Source: Callorhinchus milii (taxonomy: Eukaryota). From it: a DNA stretch of 64,000 bases. Position 1 is the first letter of the stretch; each line of letters begins with the position of its first letter. The stretch is taken from the NCBI RefSeq assembly GCF_018977255.1, contig NW_024704743.1:45138001-45202000 (forward strand), given 5' to 3'. The notes under the pieces were generated by a model. The model worked only from the letters and a program-made list of their open reading frames with translations, had not been told where the DNA came from and made no database searches. The position numbers and the translations under genes are program-made. This document shows positions 62,269-64,000 of this stretch, in pieces.

Positions 62269-63942
62269 AAACAGTAGGTTTTTGGATGTGATTTAAAGAC
62301 AAACTGAGAGGGGCAAGAAGATTAGTAGAGCTAGGGAGATCCAGAGGTTAGGAGATAACAAAAGAATGATGAAGGGTTAAGCCAACATTTGATGAGAAAT
62401 AGGAGCAGAGGTGGGCAATGTGCAGAGAATTGAATCGGATGCCGAAGTTGAACACTGGTTCGGTGAGTTTGAGACAGATCGAGGAGGCCAGAGCCAGAGT
62501 AAGGAAATATTGAAGGGATCCGAGGAGGATGACTTCAGTCTTCTCATATTGAGCTGCATGAAGCTGAAGCTCATCTAGGCCTTAATTTCTGGTGTCAGGG
62601 AAGGCAAGTAGAGTCTCCTTGCAGCTGAACTGAATACAAGGTGACATGTTTGGCAATGGAATGTCAGAATCAAGCCAGCCCTCTGTGGCGGTCGATCTCT
62701 GTCATTCATTTCCTGAGCTAGGTGGGTCTGCTGTATTCCAGAGCTGACGATAGCCCAGCCAGGCTGGCTTATCAGCAAAACTTGGAATGGCAGACTGGGG
62801 GCAAGGACTCTTCTCACTCAGCTCATGTTAACCCTGTAACAGGCAGGGTGGCCTAGCTGGACAAGCAGCAGGAAAGCTTGCCAGGCAGTGCTCTCAATGA
62901 GAAACTCAATGGGAATTTTAGTTAGTTAAGACTCCAGCCATACCCAATGCACATTCTGGGGTCCCTAAAGCTTGGCTCTTTCTAGCATGCACCCTAATAC
63001 TCTGCAATTCGGTAAGCAGGATGCATCCCTCCAAGGAGAGTGGGCTTTCCATTTCAATAAATATCTCGGGAATTTTCCATGTATAGGTAGGATTCATGGA
63101 ATTGCTTGGTTCGGATATTCTTAAGCAAAGTGATTTGGATATTCTTAAGCAAAGGGGATTTCTGCCACATCTGACACCCACCACCAAAAAAAAAAAAAAT
63201 TTATGCCTTGACCACTGATTGGCAAGCTGACCGATCAATGGACCTGAAATCAAGAGCAGTAATTGCTACATTCACATGGAATGTTAAGTGAAAGTTAACC
63301 GTACGTCTAAGGATGATATTATCAAGAGACAGCATGTAGAGGAGGAAAATAAGGGGGCCAAGGATAGAAACCCAACATACTCAACAGGGGATGGGAGGAG
63401 TATCTTTTAGATGACAATGTGGAGGCGACGATTAGAACCAGATGAGTGCGGTCCAACAGAGGGGTAACAGAGGAGGAGCCAAGTGTCAGAAATGTCAAGG
63501 AAGCAGAAGGAACCCTGGTTGCAGAGGGTGAACATCATTGGTGACTTTCACCACAGCTCTCTGAGTGCCGTTAACTGTCAACAAAAGCTGGACTGGAGGA
63601 GCTCAAGCAGGTAATGGAGGGAAAGGTGGGAGCAAAGTTGAGTGTCAGCAACGAGTTCCAGGCAGCAACGCATTGGATAGTAAGGAAGGACTGATAGTTG
63701 GGAGGATAAATATGGTTGAAACTATTAGCTATACTTTAGAATCTAAATTGATCTACTTATTTAATGAACAATAAGAAATGTTCAGGAACCAAACACTGAA
63801 ACCCTGGGTAACTGAAAAATCTGAAACAGTGACAATGGTTTTCCAGTTGAATTAACGTTTCGTTTTTTAAAAAAATATGAATAACTTTTGATGTACAAAT
63901 TTATTTACAATATTGAAGCATTTGCACCATCGATATACTAAC

Positions 63943-64000
63943 CGCTTTGATGAATTTCTCTGAGAGAGCACATTTGGATCCGAAGCTCTTGGTTTGAAGA
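63943..64000 (-). CDS. TOP2B: TOP2B exon ~10, partial (runs off the window), LQTKSFGSKCALSEKFIKA
   Basis: |gttag donor. Transducer-domain sequence that precedes exon ~11. Confidence 0.9.

Overview
Vertebrate genomic DNA, probably a cartilaginous fish and possibly a chimaera (inferred from the repeat families, not proven). Two convergent genes occupy the window. On + are the last three coding exons and 3'UTR of retinoic acid receptor beta (RARB; 175-6770, distal AATAAA at 8056). On - are 27 consecutive, frame-consistent coding exons of DNA topoisomerase II beta (TOP2B), from the window edge to the stop at 16609; they would be exons 10-36 if the gene has 36 exons as in human. About 8 kb separate the two 3' ends. 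Introns are dense with L2 and CR1 LINE remnants, two tRNA-derived SINE families sharing the L2 3' tail, foldback/MITE-like elements and an unclassified repeat. Most ORF-track ORFs are repeat or intron noise. I see no convincing new multi-gene system. The best leads are: a PBX/PREP + NF-Y promoter-like module inside a TA-flanked TIR element in a TOP2B intron; an internal duplication in a TOP2B C-terminal exon; a frame-required GC-AG intron; a SINE-head/L2 chimeric retrocopy; a possible SINE 5' transduction; a decayed hammerhead-like core in a Penelope-type palindrome; a 25-bp hairpin; and candidate CTCF sites. All coordinates were read by eye and repeat boundaries are approximate.
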